A DNA stretch of 34,981 nucleotides from Chamaesiphon sp. (GCA_965246715.1 CBDFFH010000018.1:1-34981); one strand, 5' to 3'; positions 9,280 through 19,934 are shown, numbered from the stretch's first letter. Notes: generated by a model not told the origin, from the letters alone. Numbers and translations: made by a program.

Positions 9280-9837
9280 ATGTTAATCGGTTATGCACGA
9301 GTTTCCACCGACGACCAAAATCTGCACCTCCAAATGGATGCTTTGGATGCTGCTGGATGTGAAAAAATCTACACAGACCACATCAGCGGCGTAAAAGCTG
9401 CCAGACCAGGACTGTCACTAGCATTTGAGGTAGCGCGGACTGATGATGTCCTAGTGATCTGGCGATTAGACCGTTTGGGCAGATCGCTCAAAGACTTGAT
9501 TGAAAAAATGGACACCTTAGAGAAGCGCGGAATTGGGCTGTCTAGCTTACAAGAAGCCATCACCACCACCAATAGCAGTGGTCGATTGATTTTCCACCTC
9601 TTCGGCGCACTAGCAGAATTTGAACGTAATCTCATGCGCGAACGCACCACTGCTGGACTAGTCGCCGCCAGAGCGCGGGGTCGTTTGGGCGGCAGACCCA
9701 AAGCCCTCGACCTCGCCAAACGCCAATTAGCAGTCCAACTCTACACCGAGGGCAAACACACAATTATGGAAATTTGTAGCCTGATGGGAATTTCCAAACC
9801 AACGCTCTACAACTACATCGCTGAGATCGTTACCTGA
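9280..9837 (+). CDS. tnpR: Serine recombinase (resolvase/invertase), ~185 aa
   Basis: MLIGYARVSTDDQ, LDRLGRS, GRLGGRP, C-terminal HTH. ATG 9280 is preferred over the ORF-track GTG at 9223. Confidence 0.92.
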   Translation: MLIGYARVSTDDQNLHLQMDALDAAGCEKIYTDHISGVKAARPGLSLAFEVARTDDVLVIWRLDRLGRSLKDLIEKMDTLEKRGIGLSSLQEAITTTNSSGRLIFHLFGALAEFERNLMRERTTAGLVAARARGRLGGRPKALDLAKRQLAVQLYTEGKHTIMEICSLMGISKPTLYNYIAEIVT

Positions 9838-9838
9838 G

Positions 9839-11500
9839 ATGGCACACAAGCAAATCCCAGTCGAGGCACTGATTAATTTACGCCACCGCCTTGATGGGTT
9901 GCCCAGTCGCTGTCGGGAGCGGCGAATTATCATCGCAGAAACAGCCGCACTCTATGGTGTGTCTACAGATACTCTGTACCGAGCCTTGCGAAATGCTGCT
10001 CGTCCCAATTCTATCAACCGCGCCGATAATGGCGTACCCAGAAAACTGCCCTTGAAGGAGATGGAACGGTACTGTGAGATCGTCGCCGCGATGAAAATTC
10101 GCACCAGTAACAAAAAAGGGCGGCATGTTTCCACTGGACGAGCGATTGAACTATTGGAAGAATTTGGCATGGAGACACCTGACGGCTTTGTCCAACCACC
10201 CAAAGGTGTATTGACCAAAAGTACTGTCAATTATTACTTGAAAACGTGGGGATACGACCGAGATCGGATGACCAGACAACCGCCTGCGGTAAGGTTTCAA
10301 GCGACTCATAGCAATGAATGTTGGCATTTCGACCTCAGCCCATCAGATCTCAAACACGTCAAAGAACCATCCTGGGTGGAACCAGGGCGGGGGAATCCAT
10401 TATTGATGCTGTACAGCATTGTGGACGACCGAAGTGGCGTATGTTATCAGGAATATCACTGTGTTTATGGTGAAGATGTCGAAGCTGCCTTGCGCTTCTT
10501 ATTCAATGCGATGACCGTAAAAACCACCGAGGGCTTTCCCTTTCAGGGAATTCCAGAGATGATTTATGCCGACAATGGGCCGATTTCTAAAAGCCATGTC
10601 TTTCAAAACGTGATGGATTGCTTGAACATCAATCTGGTGACACATATGCCAGCAGGTAAAGACGGTCGGCGAGTCACAGCTCGTTCCAAGGGGAAAGTCG
10701 AAAGACCGTTTCGGACAGTCAAAGAGGCCCATGAAACCTTGTATCACTTTCACGAACCGAACAGCGACGTTGAAGCCAACTTGTGGTTGCGGCAGTACAT
10801 ATTGCATTACAACGATAAACCACACCGCAGCGAACCGCATTCACGCATCGAGGATTGGCTGCGGAATGCTCCCAAGACCGGATTGAGGTCGATGTGCAGT
10901 TGGGAAAGATTCTGTACGTTTGCCCGCGAACCACAACGTCGAAAAGTTGGGGGCGATGCCAGAGTATCGATTGAGGGGGTAGCTTATCAAGTCGAGCCAG
11001 ACTTAGCTGGAGAATCAGTAATCTTGTGGTGGGGCTTATTTGACAACGAATTATACGTCCAGAAAGATGACCGTCGCTATGGACCATTTTATCCAGTTGA
11101 CGGCCCGATTCCCCTGCATCGATACCGTAAATTTAAACAAACTAAAACTGAAGAGCGCGCAGATAAAATTGCCAATTTAGCTAAGAAATTGGGGTTGCCA
11201 CGAGCTGCTTTAACCAACAATGCTGACTTACAGTTTTTAGTCGATAAATACAAAGAATTCGAGCCAACTGTAACACCCTTTCAAGACCCCGACCCCTATC
11301 AAGAATTTACTTATCCGACAGTATTATTTGCTAAAAGAGCGATCTCCGATTATCTGGCTAAACCTTTGGCAAAATTATCGAAAGAACAATTAATCTTTAT
11401 CGATACACTCTTAGCTGAAACCTTGAATAAAAGAGTAATTATCGAACGAGTTCAACAGTATTTTTACTCACATCCAGGAGAACAGCAAAATGCTCACTGA
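9839..11500 (+). CDS. DDE integrase-type transposase (Mu/TniA/IS481-like), 553 aa
   Basis: N-terminal HTH; catalytic triad context WHFD, YADNG, KGKVERPF; YN...HR motif. Confidence 0.9.
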   Translation: MAHKQIPVEALINLRHRLDGLPSRCRERRIIIAETAALYGVSTDTLYRALRNAARPNSINRADNGVPRKLPLKEMERYCEIVAAMKIRTSNKKGRHVSTGRAIELLEEFGMETPDGFVQPPKGVLTKSTVNYYLKTWGYDRDRMTRQPPAVRFQATHSNECWHFDLSPSDLKHVKEPSWVEPGRGNPLLMLYSIVDDRSGVCYQEYHCVYGEDVEAALRFLFNAMTVKTTEGFPFQGIPEMIYADNGPISKSHVFQNVMDCLNINLVTHMPAGKDGRRVTARSKGKVERPFRTVKEAHETLYHFHEPNSDVEANLWLRQYILHYNDKPHRSEPHSRIEDWLRNAPKTGLRSMCSWERFCTFAREPQRRKVGGDARVSIEGVAYQVEPDLAGESVILWWGLFDNELYVQKDDRRYGPFYPVDGPIPLHRYRKFKQTKTEERADKIANLAKKLGLPRAALTNNADLQFLVDKYKEFEPTVTPFQDPDPYQEFTYPTVLFAKRAISDYLAKPLAKLSKEQLIFIDTLLAETLNKRVIIERVQQYFYSHPGEQQNAH

Positions 11501-12461
11501 AGTTATGGAACATTTTCGGTTAATTAGAGAGTTTCGTAAAGCCGGATACTATGATACCGAGTATCAACAGCAAATGTTTAAGGATATTAAAGCTGCAATC
11601 CATTCAGGGAAGCTGATTGCTATTACTGGGATTATCGGGTGTGGGAAAACAACCACGTTAAGACGCTTGTTTGAGATTTTGGAGCAAGAAGGGAAAATCT
11701 TGGTATCTAAGTCGCTGTCTGTATATAAAGATCGAGCGACGCTACCAACATTAATTGCTGCTTTATTTTACGATCTCTCAACAGATAAAGAGGTAAAAAT
11801 TCCCGCCCTTGGTGAAAAGCGAGAACGCGAGCTGCGCGACTTGATTAGAAAAGGTAAAAAGCCAGTGGCACTATTTGTTGATGAGGCACACGATCTGCAT
11901 TGCAGTACTCTAACGGGACTCAAACGGCTAATTGAAGTAGTTGAAGATGGTGGCGGTACACTTTCGGTGGTTTTGGCTGGTCATCCCAAGCTTAAAAACG
12001 ATCTCCGCCGTCCAACAATGGAAGAAATTGGGTATCGAGCAACCGTATTCTCGCTAGAGGGCATTGTTGGTAATCAGCGGGGATATATTGAATGGTTGGT
12101 GGCTAAATGCACTACTGAAGATACTCAAATTGGTGACATTTTAGAGCCGGAGGCGATTGAACTACTCGCGACCCGATTGAGAACTCCGCTTCAAATCGAG
12201 CAGCATTTGACTCTAGCTTTTGAGGCTGCATACCTGTTTGGGGAAAAACCAGTAACGTCCGCGATTGTAGAATCAGTTTTATCGAAGCAGATCGATGATT
12301 TGGAGCCGACTCTAACTCGTCATGGCTATGATGTCAAAGGCTTGGCAGAACAGTTTCATGCTAAACCTGCGGAAATCAAGATGCTATTTCGCGGGCAACT
12401 CGACCCAGCGCGTTCGCGTGAATTACAGGAGCAAATGTTAGCTGCGGGATTACCGCTGTGA
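11490..12461 (+). CDS. Transposition AAA+ ATPase (ExeA/TniB/MuB-like) with C-terminal HTH-like region, 323 aa
   Basis: GIIGCGKTT Walker A, LFVDEAH Walker B, VVLAG; overlaps the transposase stop. Confidence 0.88.
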   Translation: MLTEVMEHFRLIREFRKAGYYDTEYQQQMFKDIKAAIHSGKLIAITGIIGCGKTTTLRRLFEILEQEGKILVSKSLSVYKDRATLPTLIAALFYDLSTDKEVKIPALGEKRERELRDLIRKGKKPVALFVDEAHDLHCSTLTGLKRLIEVVEDGGGTLSVVLAGHPKLKNDLRRPTMEEIGYRATVFSLEGIVGNQRGYIEWLVAKCTTEDTQIGDILEPEAIELLATRLRTPLQIEQHLTLAFEAAYLFGEKPVTSAIVESVLSKQIDDLEPTLTRHGYDVKGLAEQFHAKPAEIKMLFRGQLDPARSRELQEQMLAAGLPL

Positions 12462-12482
12462 GTGGCTGGACAGGGCAAAATT

Positions 12483-12649
12483 ATAGTTGCATTTAATCCT
12501 GGCTCAAAGCGATGATTGCAGGTTGGTTGCAATTAATTCTGGCTCAGTTGCAATTAATCCTGGCTGGAGTGAAATTATAGTTGCATTTAATCCTGGCTTG
12601 TAAATGCGATGATTGCAGGTTCTAACGATTATGATTGCAGGCTGCTACA
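12483..12649 (-). repeat. Right TIR (167 bp)
   Basis: Exact reverse complement of 8844-9010. Confidence 0.9.
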
Positions 12650-13459
12650 CATATGTGTCACCAGATTGATGTTCAAGCAATCCATCACGTTTTGAAAGAC
12701 ATGGCTTTTGGAAATCGGCCCATTGTCGGCATAAATCATCTCTGGAATTCCCTGAAAGGGAAAGCCCTCGGTGGTTTTTACGGTCATCGCATTGAATAAG
12801 AAGCGCAAGGCAGCTTCGACATCTTCACCATAAACACAGTGATATTCCTGATAACATACGCCACTTCGGTCGTCCACAATGCTGTACAGCATCAATAATG
12901 GATTCCCCCGCCCTGGTTCCACCCAGGATGGTTCTTTGACGTGTTTGAGATCTGATGGGCTGAGGTCGAAATGCCAACATTCGTTGCTATGAGTCGCTTG
13001 AAACCTTACCGCAGGTGGTTGTCTGGTCATCCGATCTCGGTCGTATCCCCACATTTTCAAGTAATAATTGACAGTACTTTTGGTCAATACACCTTTGGGT
13101 GGTTGGACAAAGCCGTCAGGTGTCTCCATGCCAAATTCTTCTAATAGTTCAATCGCTCGTCCAGTGGAAATATGCCGCCCTTTTTTGTTACTGGTGCGAA
13201 TTTTCATCGCGGCGACGATCTCACAGTACCGTTCCATCTCCTTTAAGGGCAGTTTTCTGGGTACACCATTATCGGCGCGATTGATAGAATTGGGACGAGC
13301 AGCATTTCGCAAGGCTCGGTACAGAGTATCTGTAGACACACCATAGAGTGCGGCTGTTTCTGCGATGATAATTCGCCGCTCCCGACAGCGACTGGGCAAC
13401 CCATCGAGGCGGTGGCGTAAATTAATCAGTGCCTCGACCGGGATTTGCTTGTGTGCCAT
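12650..13459 (-). pseudogene. Truncated transposase (first 270 aa)
   Basis: Matches the full transposase up to LVTHM, then runs into the TIR (CSSLQS*). Confidence 0.9.
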
Positions 13460-13460
13460 T

Positions 13461-14019
13461 TCAGGTAACGATCTCAGCGATGTAGTTGTAGAGCGTTGGT
13501 TTGGAAATTCCCATCAGGCTACAAAATTTCCATAATTGTGTGTTTGCCCTCGGTGTAGAGTTGGACTGCTAATTGGCGTTTGGCGAGGTCGAGGGCTTTG
13601 GGTCTACCGCCCAAACGACCCCGCGCTCTGGCGGCGACTAGTCCAGCAGTGGTGCGTTCGCGCATGAGATTACGTTCAAATTCTGCTAGTGCGCCGAAGA
13701 GGTGGAAAATCAATCGACCACTGCTATTGGTGGTGGTGATGGCTTCTTGTAAGCTAGACAGCCCAATTCCGCGCTTCTCTAAGGTGTCCATTTTTTCAAT
13801 CAAGTCTTTGAGCGATCTGCCCAAACGGTCTAATCGCCAGATCACTAGGACATCATCAGTCCGCGCTACCTCAAATGCTAGTGACAGTCCTGGTCTGGCA
13901 GCTTTTACGCCGCTGATGTGGTCTGTGTAGATTTTTTCACATCCAGCAGCATCCAAAGCATCCATTTGGAGGTGCAGATTTTGGTCGTCGGTGGAAACTC
14001 GTGCATAACCGATTAACAT
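13461..14019 (-). pseudogene. tnpR: Second resolvase copy with a 1-nt frameshift in the HTH
   Basis: An extra A near 13524 changes EICSLMG... to EIL*; may be a sequencing error. Confidence 0.75.
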
Positions 14020-14456
14020 TTTGGCTTTGGCGCAACTGAGTAACGAAGCCCGTGCATTACCAACATATGTTGCCACTGTTAGAATTACCGAGTTTCGTTA
14101 CCAAACTTGATTCGGTTCTAGACTCAGCTCGACAATTTTTATCAGCGTAAGGAAAACGAACGTTTTCTTTACTGTCTCTGCCCTAATTTATAGTTGCATT
14201 TAATCCTGGCTGGAATTACGCTAATTTGATTGGCGGTTGGAACGATTTGTGACTAAACTGCCAAATGCCTGCCTGAATTGACTTTCGGATAGTTGCAATT
14301 AATCCTGGCTCAAAGCGATGATTGCAGGTTGGTTGCAATTAATCCTGGCTCAGTTGCAATTTAATCCTGGCTGGAGTGAAATTATAGTTGCATTTAATCC
14401 TGGCTTGTAAATGCGATGATTGCAGGTTCTAACGATTATGATTGCAGGCTGCTACA

Positions 14457-15851
14457 GGTATCGTCTTGACCGTGACCCAATCGGAAATCAGGAATATTTA
14501 GCCTTTCTCTAAGCTGCTCTAGGAGTCCATTTCGATAACCAAGACTAATAATTTTACCGTCAGAAAATGCCCGCTCCCAACTAGTGACTATTGGAGTAAT
14601 TTGGTTGGTTTTCCCAGTCCAGACCCCGCTGGAGATAAATGTGAAAAATCCAGGTCTGGGTAAGGGTAGCGGCTGTAGTAACTCTTCACGTCTTTGCTCT
14701 GTGATGGGTAGGGTCAGCGATGATAATGCCTTAAATGTTTCATCATCTTTCTGTTTCCATGCCAACCGCTCGCACATCTTAAAAAACTTACCAGGGGTTA
14801 GCTGTGTAGCCGCTTGCAATTGTGCGGTAGTAATTTCATCTACATCATTATTATCCTTGTAAATCTGTCCCCACCATGCAAACCGAACCTTGATTTGTAA
14901 AGTCTCAAAAAACTTCACCTGACGTTGCCAATGGTCGATTCTGGCTGGATTAATCGCGTCGCCACCATCTACGGTCATAACCAATGTATGGCAGCCCTCT
15001 AATGCTGATTTAACTTGGATCGGAGAACCGCTGAAATTGCCGCTAGCAGCCCCGATAAAGTATTCATCGTGTAAACGTGCCGCAATCGCAGGTTTGAGCG
15101 TCCCTTCAGCCCCATAAGCTACTCCAGAGGTTGAAGAAGTCCCCTCCACTTGGATCGGTAATTCTAATTCTCCATCGCCAACTGGTAGATGCGATCTTAC
15201 TTCCGGTCGCGATAATTCTTCATTCTCCCTGCTCTTAGCCCAATAATATTTACGTTCCTCGATCCGAGGAACGCTCATGACTTGCCAGCCTGTAGCGAAT
15301 CCAGCACGATCGATCGTGACTATGGCGATACCTTGTCCTTGTAATTGGCGATCGCCTTTTGGCGATAGATAGATTCCTGGTAGGTTGAGAGGATAGCGAG
15401 CCGATACTTTTTGCCACTTCTCGATACTGAAAAACAGACCATCATCAATCTGAGGATCGAGTAAGCCTCGATCCTTGAGCATCTGGCGATGCTCTCTGGT
15501 CAATCCTAACTCAGCACTGAGGGCGCGGATGAGCGGATCGCGCTGCTCGGCTGATAAACTAGCTCTAAATTCTGCTTGTCTGGCTGCTAGTAGGTTGACT
15601 TCTCGTTGGGCGAGCAGTTTTTCCCACTCTGCTCGATCTGCATCAGTCCAATGCTTGCCATCATCGACAGCAAATAGCCAATGTCCCTCGCGGTCTTGTT
15701 TTTTGGTCTTTCTCCATCCAGGTGGAGCACTGTCGGAACGTTTACAGCCCCAGAGGTTTTCGTTGAGTTGGTAGCACCAATCGGGGCGAGTGCAGATCGG
15801 GCAAGGATGCGATTTGGAGGCGTGGCCGATTTTGTGGGTGTTGGATTGCAT
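14457..15851 (-). pseudogene. Second plasmid replication primase-helicase (Zn finger + TOPRIM-like + start of helicase; CyRepA1-like), 3'-truncated by the transposon end
   Basis: CPIC..PDWC zinc-binding motif, EGTLK and DGGD TOPRIM-like motifs, SGVWTGKT Walker A; ends in transposon-derived CSSLQS*. Confidence 0.75.
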
Positions 15852-16058
15852 CTGAGGTTTTTCTCCCTCAGGCTCGCTCTCCTAAAACCAAATCCTGTGT
15901 ACAGCGTAGTCAGGGACTCGCGCTCTAGGCAGGAGGATGATACTCAATCAATCTATTAATCCCTATAACTGCTACCTAACAAAGGTTTCAGCGATTATCT
16001 TGTGGCTTGAAAGCAAAGTGGGGGTTAATTTTAGAAGAAAAATGGGTATAATCTTAAC

Positions 16059-16186
16059 TAAGTCTCGTCGAAAAGAACTTAGTTTTTGGTTTCAGGCATT
16101 AAACCTGAGCATTTAATAAAGGTCATCTTGGCCGCTACCTAAACCCCTGCCTCGCAGCACGCGAACTCGCAGGGGTTTGGTTGTTT
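16059..16186 (+). ncRNA. Candidate counter-transcribed RNA in the leader of the second rep gene
   Basis: TATAAT at 16047-16052; hairpins at 16056-16084, 16092-16108 and 16141-16178, then a T-rich tail; ends are approximate. Confidence 0.45.
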
Positions 16187-16218
16187 GTAGATATTATGCC
16201 CTCTTTTCGAGCAAAAAT

Positions 16219-16908
16219 CTAACTATTTTCTGGCTGACGCAAGAAATTTACCAGATTTTCATGACCCACCAGATGGATGGCGGTGCCGATGAGTACTCGA
16301 ATCACTGCCTTGCTTTCTTGCTTGAGCAGTCCAAAGTCCAGGAATAGAGCCGGATCGTTATTGGGATCGACGATCGTTTTGCCAGTAAGGACGATCGCCT
16401 TTGTGACTGGTTTCCTTAGCTCTCCTCCATTTTGACCTTTAATTGGGTCTTTTTCTTTTTTGAGAAGTAACGTTGATTGATTTAGTTGCCTACCTACTCG
16501 AACTAATTCACTCCACTTCTCGATCCGCGTTCTCCCATTCTTTTGTTGACTGTATATACAAAAATCTTGGCGATCTTCTCGCCACTTAACTCGTGCGGTG
16601 CCTTTCGATCTGAGCAGAAATGCGAAATTTCTGCCATCACTGGTTTTCACAAACAGATCGATTATCCCTTCATTAGTTTTAACTCGTGGAGTGAGGACGA
16701 TCCCTTCATCTCTAAAAGTATTTAATAACATTTCAGTCACAGAAACTAAGCGATCTATCGTTAAAGATTCATCGATTGCCTTTAAGCTGCCAATCGCTCC
16801 ACCAATTCCGACGATTGGATTACTAATAGCTGCCCCACCGCTGGCGACTCCAGCAGATATCTTTGCTAAATTTTTCCAGAAATCTTGTTTTTCTTTAAGA
16901 TATTTTAA
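16219..16908 (-). pseudogene. 3' part of a membrane-anchored NERD-like protein, interrupted by IS66
   Basis: Paralogue of 21674..22408 (TPRVKT, IDLFVK, VKWRE, TKAIVLT, VDPNNDPALF). Confidence 0.8.
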
Positions 16909-18700
16909 GTAACGTCTCAATAAGCCCTGGTAAATCAGGGGGTTGCAAAAAGAGCGAAAATCTGGTTTAACAGAGAGATGAGTATAAACAGCGATACTAG
17001 CCCAGCCAAAACAAATACCTCAGAGACGGAGGTAGAAGGTTTGCGGCGACTGGTAGAGGAACAGAGAAAGCTGATTGAAAAGATATACAAGCAACTGGGA
17101 AATCAGAAAACAAGAATAGAACAACTAGAAGCAGAACTGCTGGCAAAGAAGAAACTAAAAGGAAAGCCACAATTAAGTGCCAGTCTGCTAAATCAGCGAG
17201 AACCGAAAGAGCCAAAATCGGATAAAAGAGCAGGTTCAGCAAAGGAAAGCAAAAAATCAAGCTTGGAGATCGACGAAGAAATATCGATCCAGCCTGAGAA
17301 TATTCCTGAAAATGCTAAATTTAATGGGTATCGGAGTTACGATGTACAAGAACTAATAATTAAGCGACATAACATTCGATTTCAGCTAGCAGAGTACATC
17401 ACAGGTGATGGAAAAACGGTAGTGGGAGAGTTGCCCCAAGAATATCAGGGAAGGCACTATGGGCCAGGATTGGTATGCTATGTAATGTATCAGCATTATC
17501 AGTGCAGAGTGCCACAACCATTAATTTATGAGCAACTCCGAGAATGGGGAATAAATATTTCAGTAGGACAAGTAAATCGGCTCTTGAATGAAGAGCATCA
17601 AATATTTGAGCAGGAACAACAGCAAGTATTAAGAGCAGGGCTAGAAACAGCAACATACATTCATACGGATGATACTGGAGCAAGACACAATGGCAAGAAT
17701 GGATATTGTACAGTAGTTGGAAATGATGACTTTGCTTATTTCCACAGTAGTAATTCTAAGAGTCGAGAAAACTTTTTAGAAATATTACAAGCAGGGGAGC
17801 GAAAATATGTACTGAATGAAGATGCCAAGACATATCTGGATAACTATCAGCTCCCGCAGAAAAATCTGATTGAGGTCGATTTTTCGGAGCGGCCATTAGC
17901 AGTTAAAAAAGAAGAATGGCATGAGCATCTATTGTCTCAAGGAATAACTAGTATAAAAACAGTAAGAGTAATAACTGAAGCAGCACTGATAGGTGGTTTG
18001 AGCATAGAAGGAAGACGGGAACCATTGATAATTTTGAGTGATGGGGCGGGACAATTCAATGTAATGCAGCATGGATTATGCTGGGTTCATATTGAGAGAG
18101 GTCTGAGAAAATTGGAAGGTGATGGCGAGCAAGAGCGAGAGAATATTGTCGAAATGCAAGGATTGTTGTGGGACTACTATCAAGAATTAAAACAGTATCA
18201 ACAGCAGCCCAGTCAAGAGATTTCATTAAGTTTGCAGGATAAATTTGATGAGATATTTGGGCGATGTTATATCCAGCATGGGCTATTAAATAATGTCCTT
18301 AATCAAATCAGGAATCATAAGATTGAACTATTACAGGTACTAGATTGCCCAGAATTACCCTTACATAACAATGCGGCAGAAACCGATATTAGAGAATATG
18401 TCACCCGTCGGAAAATTAGTGGTGGCACACGCTCTGAACTAGGCAGAAAAGCTAGAGATACATTCGTTGGCTTGAAAAAGACTTGCCGAAAGTTAGGAAT
18501 TTCGTTTTGGAATTATCTCACATCTAGATTACATGGTTCGGAGCAAGTACTATCATTATCTGATGTGATTCGGGCTAAAGCTGCGGCGAAGATGCCTCCT
18601 CCGATTTAGATTTTTTCGGCAATTATCACCGAACAGTATATTCATGGGGTGTCTTTGTCACAACCATCTTTTTGGCTGCCAGCGTTTATTGAGGTCTTAC
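16909..18700 (+). mobile_element. IS66-family element, single-ORF ISBst12-group type, 1,792 bp
   Basis: 22-bp imperfect TIRs GTAACGTCTCAATAAGCCCTGG / GTAAGACCTCAATAAACGCTGG; 8-bp TSD TATTTTAA at 16901-16908 and 18701-18708. Confidence 0.92.
16978..18609 (+). CDS. tnpC: IS66-family transposase, 543 aa
   Basis: N-terminal coiled coil; HTDDTG, LSDGA, LCWVH, HNNAAE..IR...RKISGG motifs. Confidence 0.92.
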   Translation: MSINSDTSPAKTNTSETEVEGLRRLVEEQRKLIEKIYKQLGNQKTRIEQLEAELLAKKKLKGKPQLSASLLNQREPKEPKSDKRAGSAKESKKSSLEIDEEISIQPENIPENAKFNGYRSYDVQELIIKRHNIRFQLAEYITGDGKTVVGELPQEYQGRHYGPGLVCYVMYQHYQCRVPQPLIYEQLREWGINISVGQVNRLLNEEHQIFEQEQQQVLRAGLETATYIHTDDTGARHNGKNGYCTVVGNDDFAYFHSSNSKSRENFLEILQAGERKYVLNEDAKTYLDNYQLPQKNLIEVDFSERPLAVKKEEWHEHLLSQGITSIKTVRVITEAALIGGLSIEGRREPLIILSDGAGQFNVMQHGLCWVHIERGLRKLEGDGEQERENIVEMQGLLWDYYQELKQYQQQPSQEISLSLQDKFDEIFGRCYIQHGLLNNVLNQIRNHKIELLQVLDCPELPLHNNAAETDIREYVTRRKISGGTRSELGRKARDTFVGLKKTCRKLGISFWNYLTSRLHGSEQVLSLSDVIRAKAAAKMPPPI

Positions 18701-18798
18701 TATTTTAATGCCTCATCATTTTGTAAATATCCCGACTCTCTAGTCTGTTCGATATCTGATATTGAGAGGATCGAACCAGTATTAGCATTATCAAACAT
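18701..18798 (-). pseudogene. 5' part of the same NERD-like gene
   Basis: Removing the IS and one TSD gives an in-frame 259-aa ORF starting MFDNANTGSILSISDIEQTRESGYLQNDEALKYLK, which aligns with QTGEKPYLQNWDSLDY in the paralogue. Confidence 0.8.
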
Positions 18799-18894
18799 AT
18801 TTTTTAAAAGATAGTATTTTATCTCAATTTAATATGGCTCCATGTTGGCGGTCGATAAATTAGCCCTGCTAAACAACAATCTTAGCTCTTCATC

Positions 18895-18950
18895 GGCAAC
18901 TGGAGCGACGATCGCTCCTCAAGTCTCTGTCGCTAGTCGCTCCAGTTGCC
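18895..18950. terminator. 15-bp perfect inverted repeat downstream of the minus-strand TA operon
   Basis: GGCAACTGGAGCGAC (18895-18909) / GTCGCTCCAGTTGCC (18936-18950). Confidence 0.5.
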
Positions 18951-18963
18951 TGTCTCGCTCCAT

Positions 18964-19296
18964 CTATTGAATGAATGATGTTTCGATTTGTGAAAATTGC
19001 ACGGAGGGTTTCTCTGGAAAATGGACTGTAATATCGATCGATCCGCCCATCGCGACGATCGTCCCAACTAATGTCGAGAGAGTGATATTTTCTCTGGCTT
19101 CAACTTGAGAAATATAAGATTGCCGTACTTCTAATAAATCGGCTAGCTCTTCTTGGGTGAGTCCGGCAGCTTGTCGAACCGCACTGATAATTTTTAATTT
19201 TGTACGAATCTTATCAGCACCAGCACTAATTTCTGACTGCATTTGTGGAGAAAATTCTTGTTTGATTTGTCGATAGGTTCTGTGTTGTCTATTCAT
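18964..19296 (-). CDS. XRE-family HTH antitoxin (HigA-like)
   Basis: RQAAGLTQEELADLLEVRQSYISQVE HTH; 4-bp overlap with the upstream toxin gene. Confidence 0.85.
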   Translation of the reverse strand: MNRQHRTYRQIKQEFSPQMQSEISAGADKIRTKLKIISAVRQAAGLTQEELADLLEVRQSYISQVEARENITLSTLVGTIVAMGGSIDITVHFPEKPSVQFSQIETSFIQ

Positions 19297-19652
19297 AGGT
19301 ATTTACCACTATCGGTTTCTTCTAGATACTCTGTAAACCGTCGCTCGGCGATCGGGATATTCTTTGCATACCAGCGTTTATCACCTCCTTTATCGCCCCC
19401 AACGAGCAGAACTGCTTGGCGTTGTGGGTCGAAGACAAAAAGTATCCGGTAGGGATTGCCATCATGTTGGACGCGAAGTTCTTTCATATTGGTAAAGGTC
19501 GAACCTTTAATCGTGTCCGCGTAAGGACGACCCAATGATGCTCCCTGCTCTTCTAAAATATCGAGTACCATCGCAATCGACGCTTGTACCCCATTATCTT
19601 GAGCAAAAAACCATTCTTCAAATTCTCGATGAAAAATAATCTCCCATATCAT
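19293..19652 (-). CDS. RelE/ParE-superfamily toxin (Gp49/HigB-like)
   Basis: LGRPYADTIKGS..NMKELR...YRILFVFDP.RQAVLLVGGDK; toxin-first gene order. Confidence 0.88.
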   Translation of the reverse strand: MIWEIIFHREFEEWFFAQDNGVQASIAMVLDILEEQGASLGRPYADTIKGSTFTNMKELRVQHDGNPYRILFVFDPQRQAVLLVGGDKGGDKRWYAKNIPIAERRFTEYLEETDSGKYL

Positions 19653-19934
19653 ATATCGATGATATCACATTTATATAATATCGAGTCGTACCGAGGGAGA
19701 CGGGGGGCTAAAATTGCGATCGGGTAAATCGAGATACCGATAAATGTAACTATAGGTAACTCAATTTCTGCCCAGTCGCGGCGGGGTTAATCCATTTTTC
19801 GGCTAATTTAGATCGCTCGTTAGTCGCGGACGATGAGATGCCAAATCTGACATTACCATCCCCATCAACTTAGGGTAAACTGGTAAATACCAACATATAA
19901 TATATATTGGTATATAGTTGTCGAAACGAGTGAT

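Larger units (their letters stand above)
1..12220. repeat. First copy of a ~12.2-kb direct repeat (recurs at 22759..34981); unit length ~22,758 bp, probably the circular plasmid length
   Basis: Base 1 matches base 22759. ORFs recur at offsets of 22757-22761, differing only by single-base indels and ~13 SNPs in the transposon. Confidence 0.95.
8844..12649 (+). mobile_element. 3,806-bp transposon (serine resolvase + DDE transposase + AAA ATPase; Tn552/Tn5053-like organisation) with TGT...ACA ends
   Basis: Perfect 167-bp TIRs at 8844-9010 and 12483-12649 enclosing three translationally coupled genes. Confidence 0.9.
12650..14456 (-). mobile_element. Inverted partial second copy of the transposon (left end, resolvase, 5' half of transposase)
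   Basis: Reverse complement of ~8844-10648 with ~13 substitutions and small indels; ends exactly at the right end of the full element. Confidence 0.9.

Noticed and set aside
9839..12461. Tn7-like, CAST or telomeric transposon
   Set aside because: No TnsA, TniQ/TnsD, Cas effector or protelomerase in the element or window
16909..16920. ORF-track start MRRY of the 233-aa ORF
   Set aside because: These codons lie in the IS66 IR; the real start is at 18798 beyond the IS
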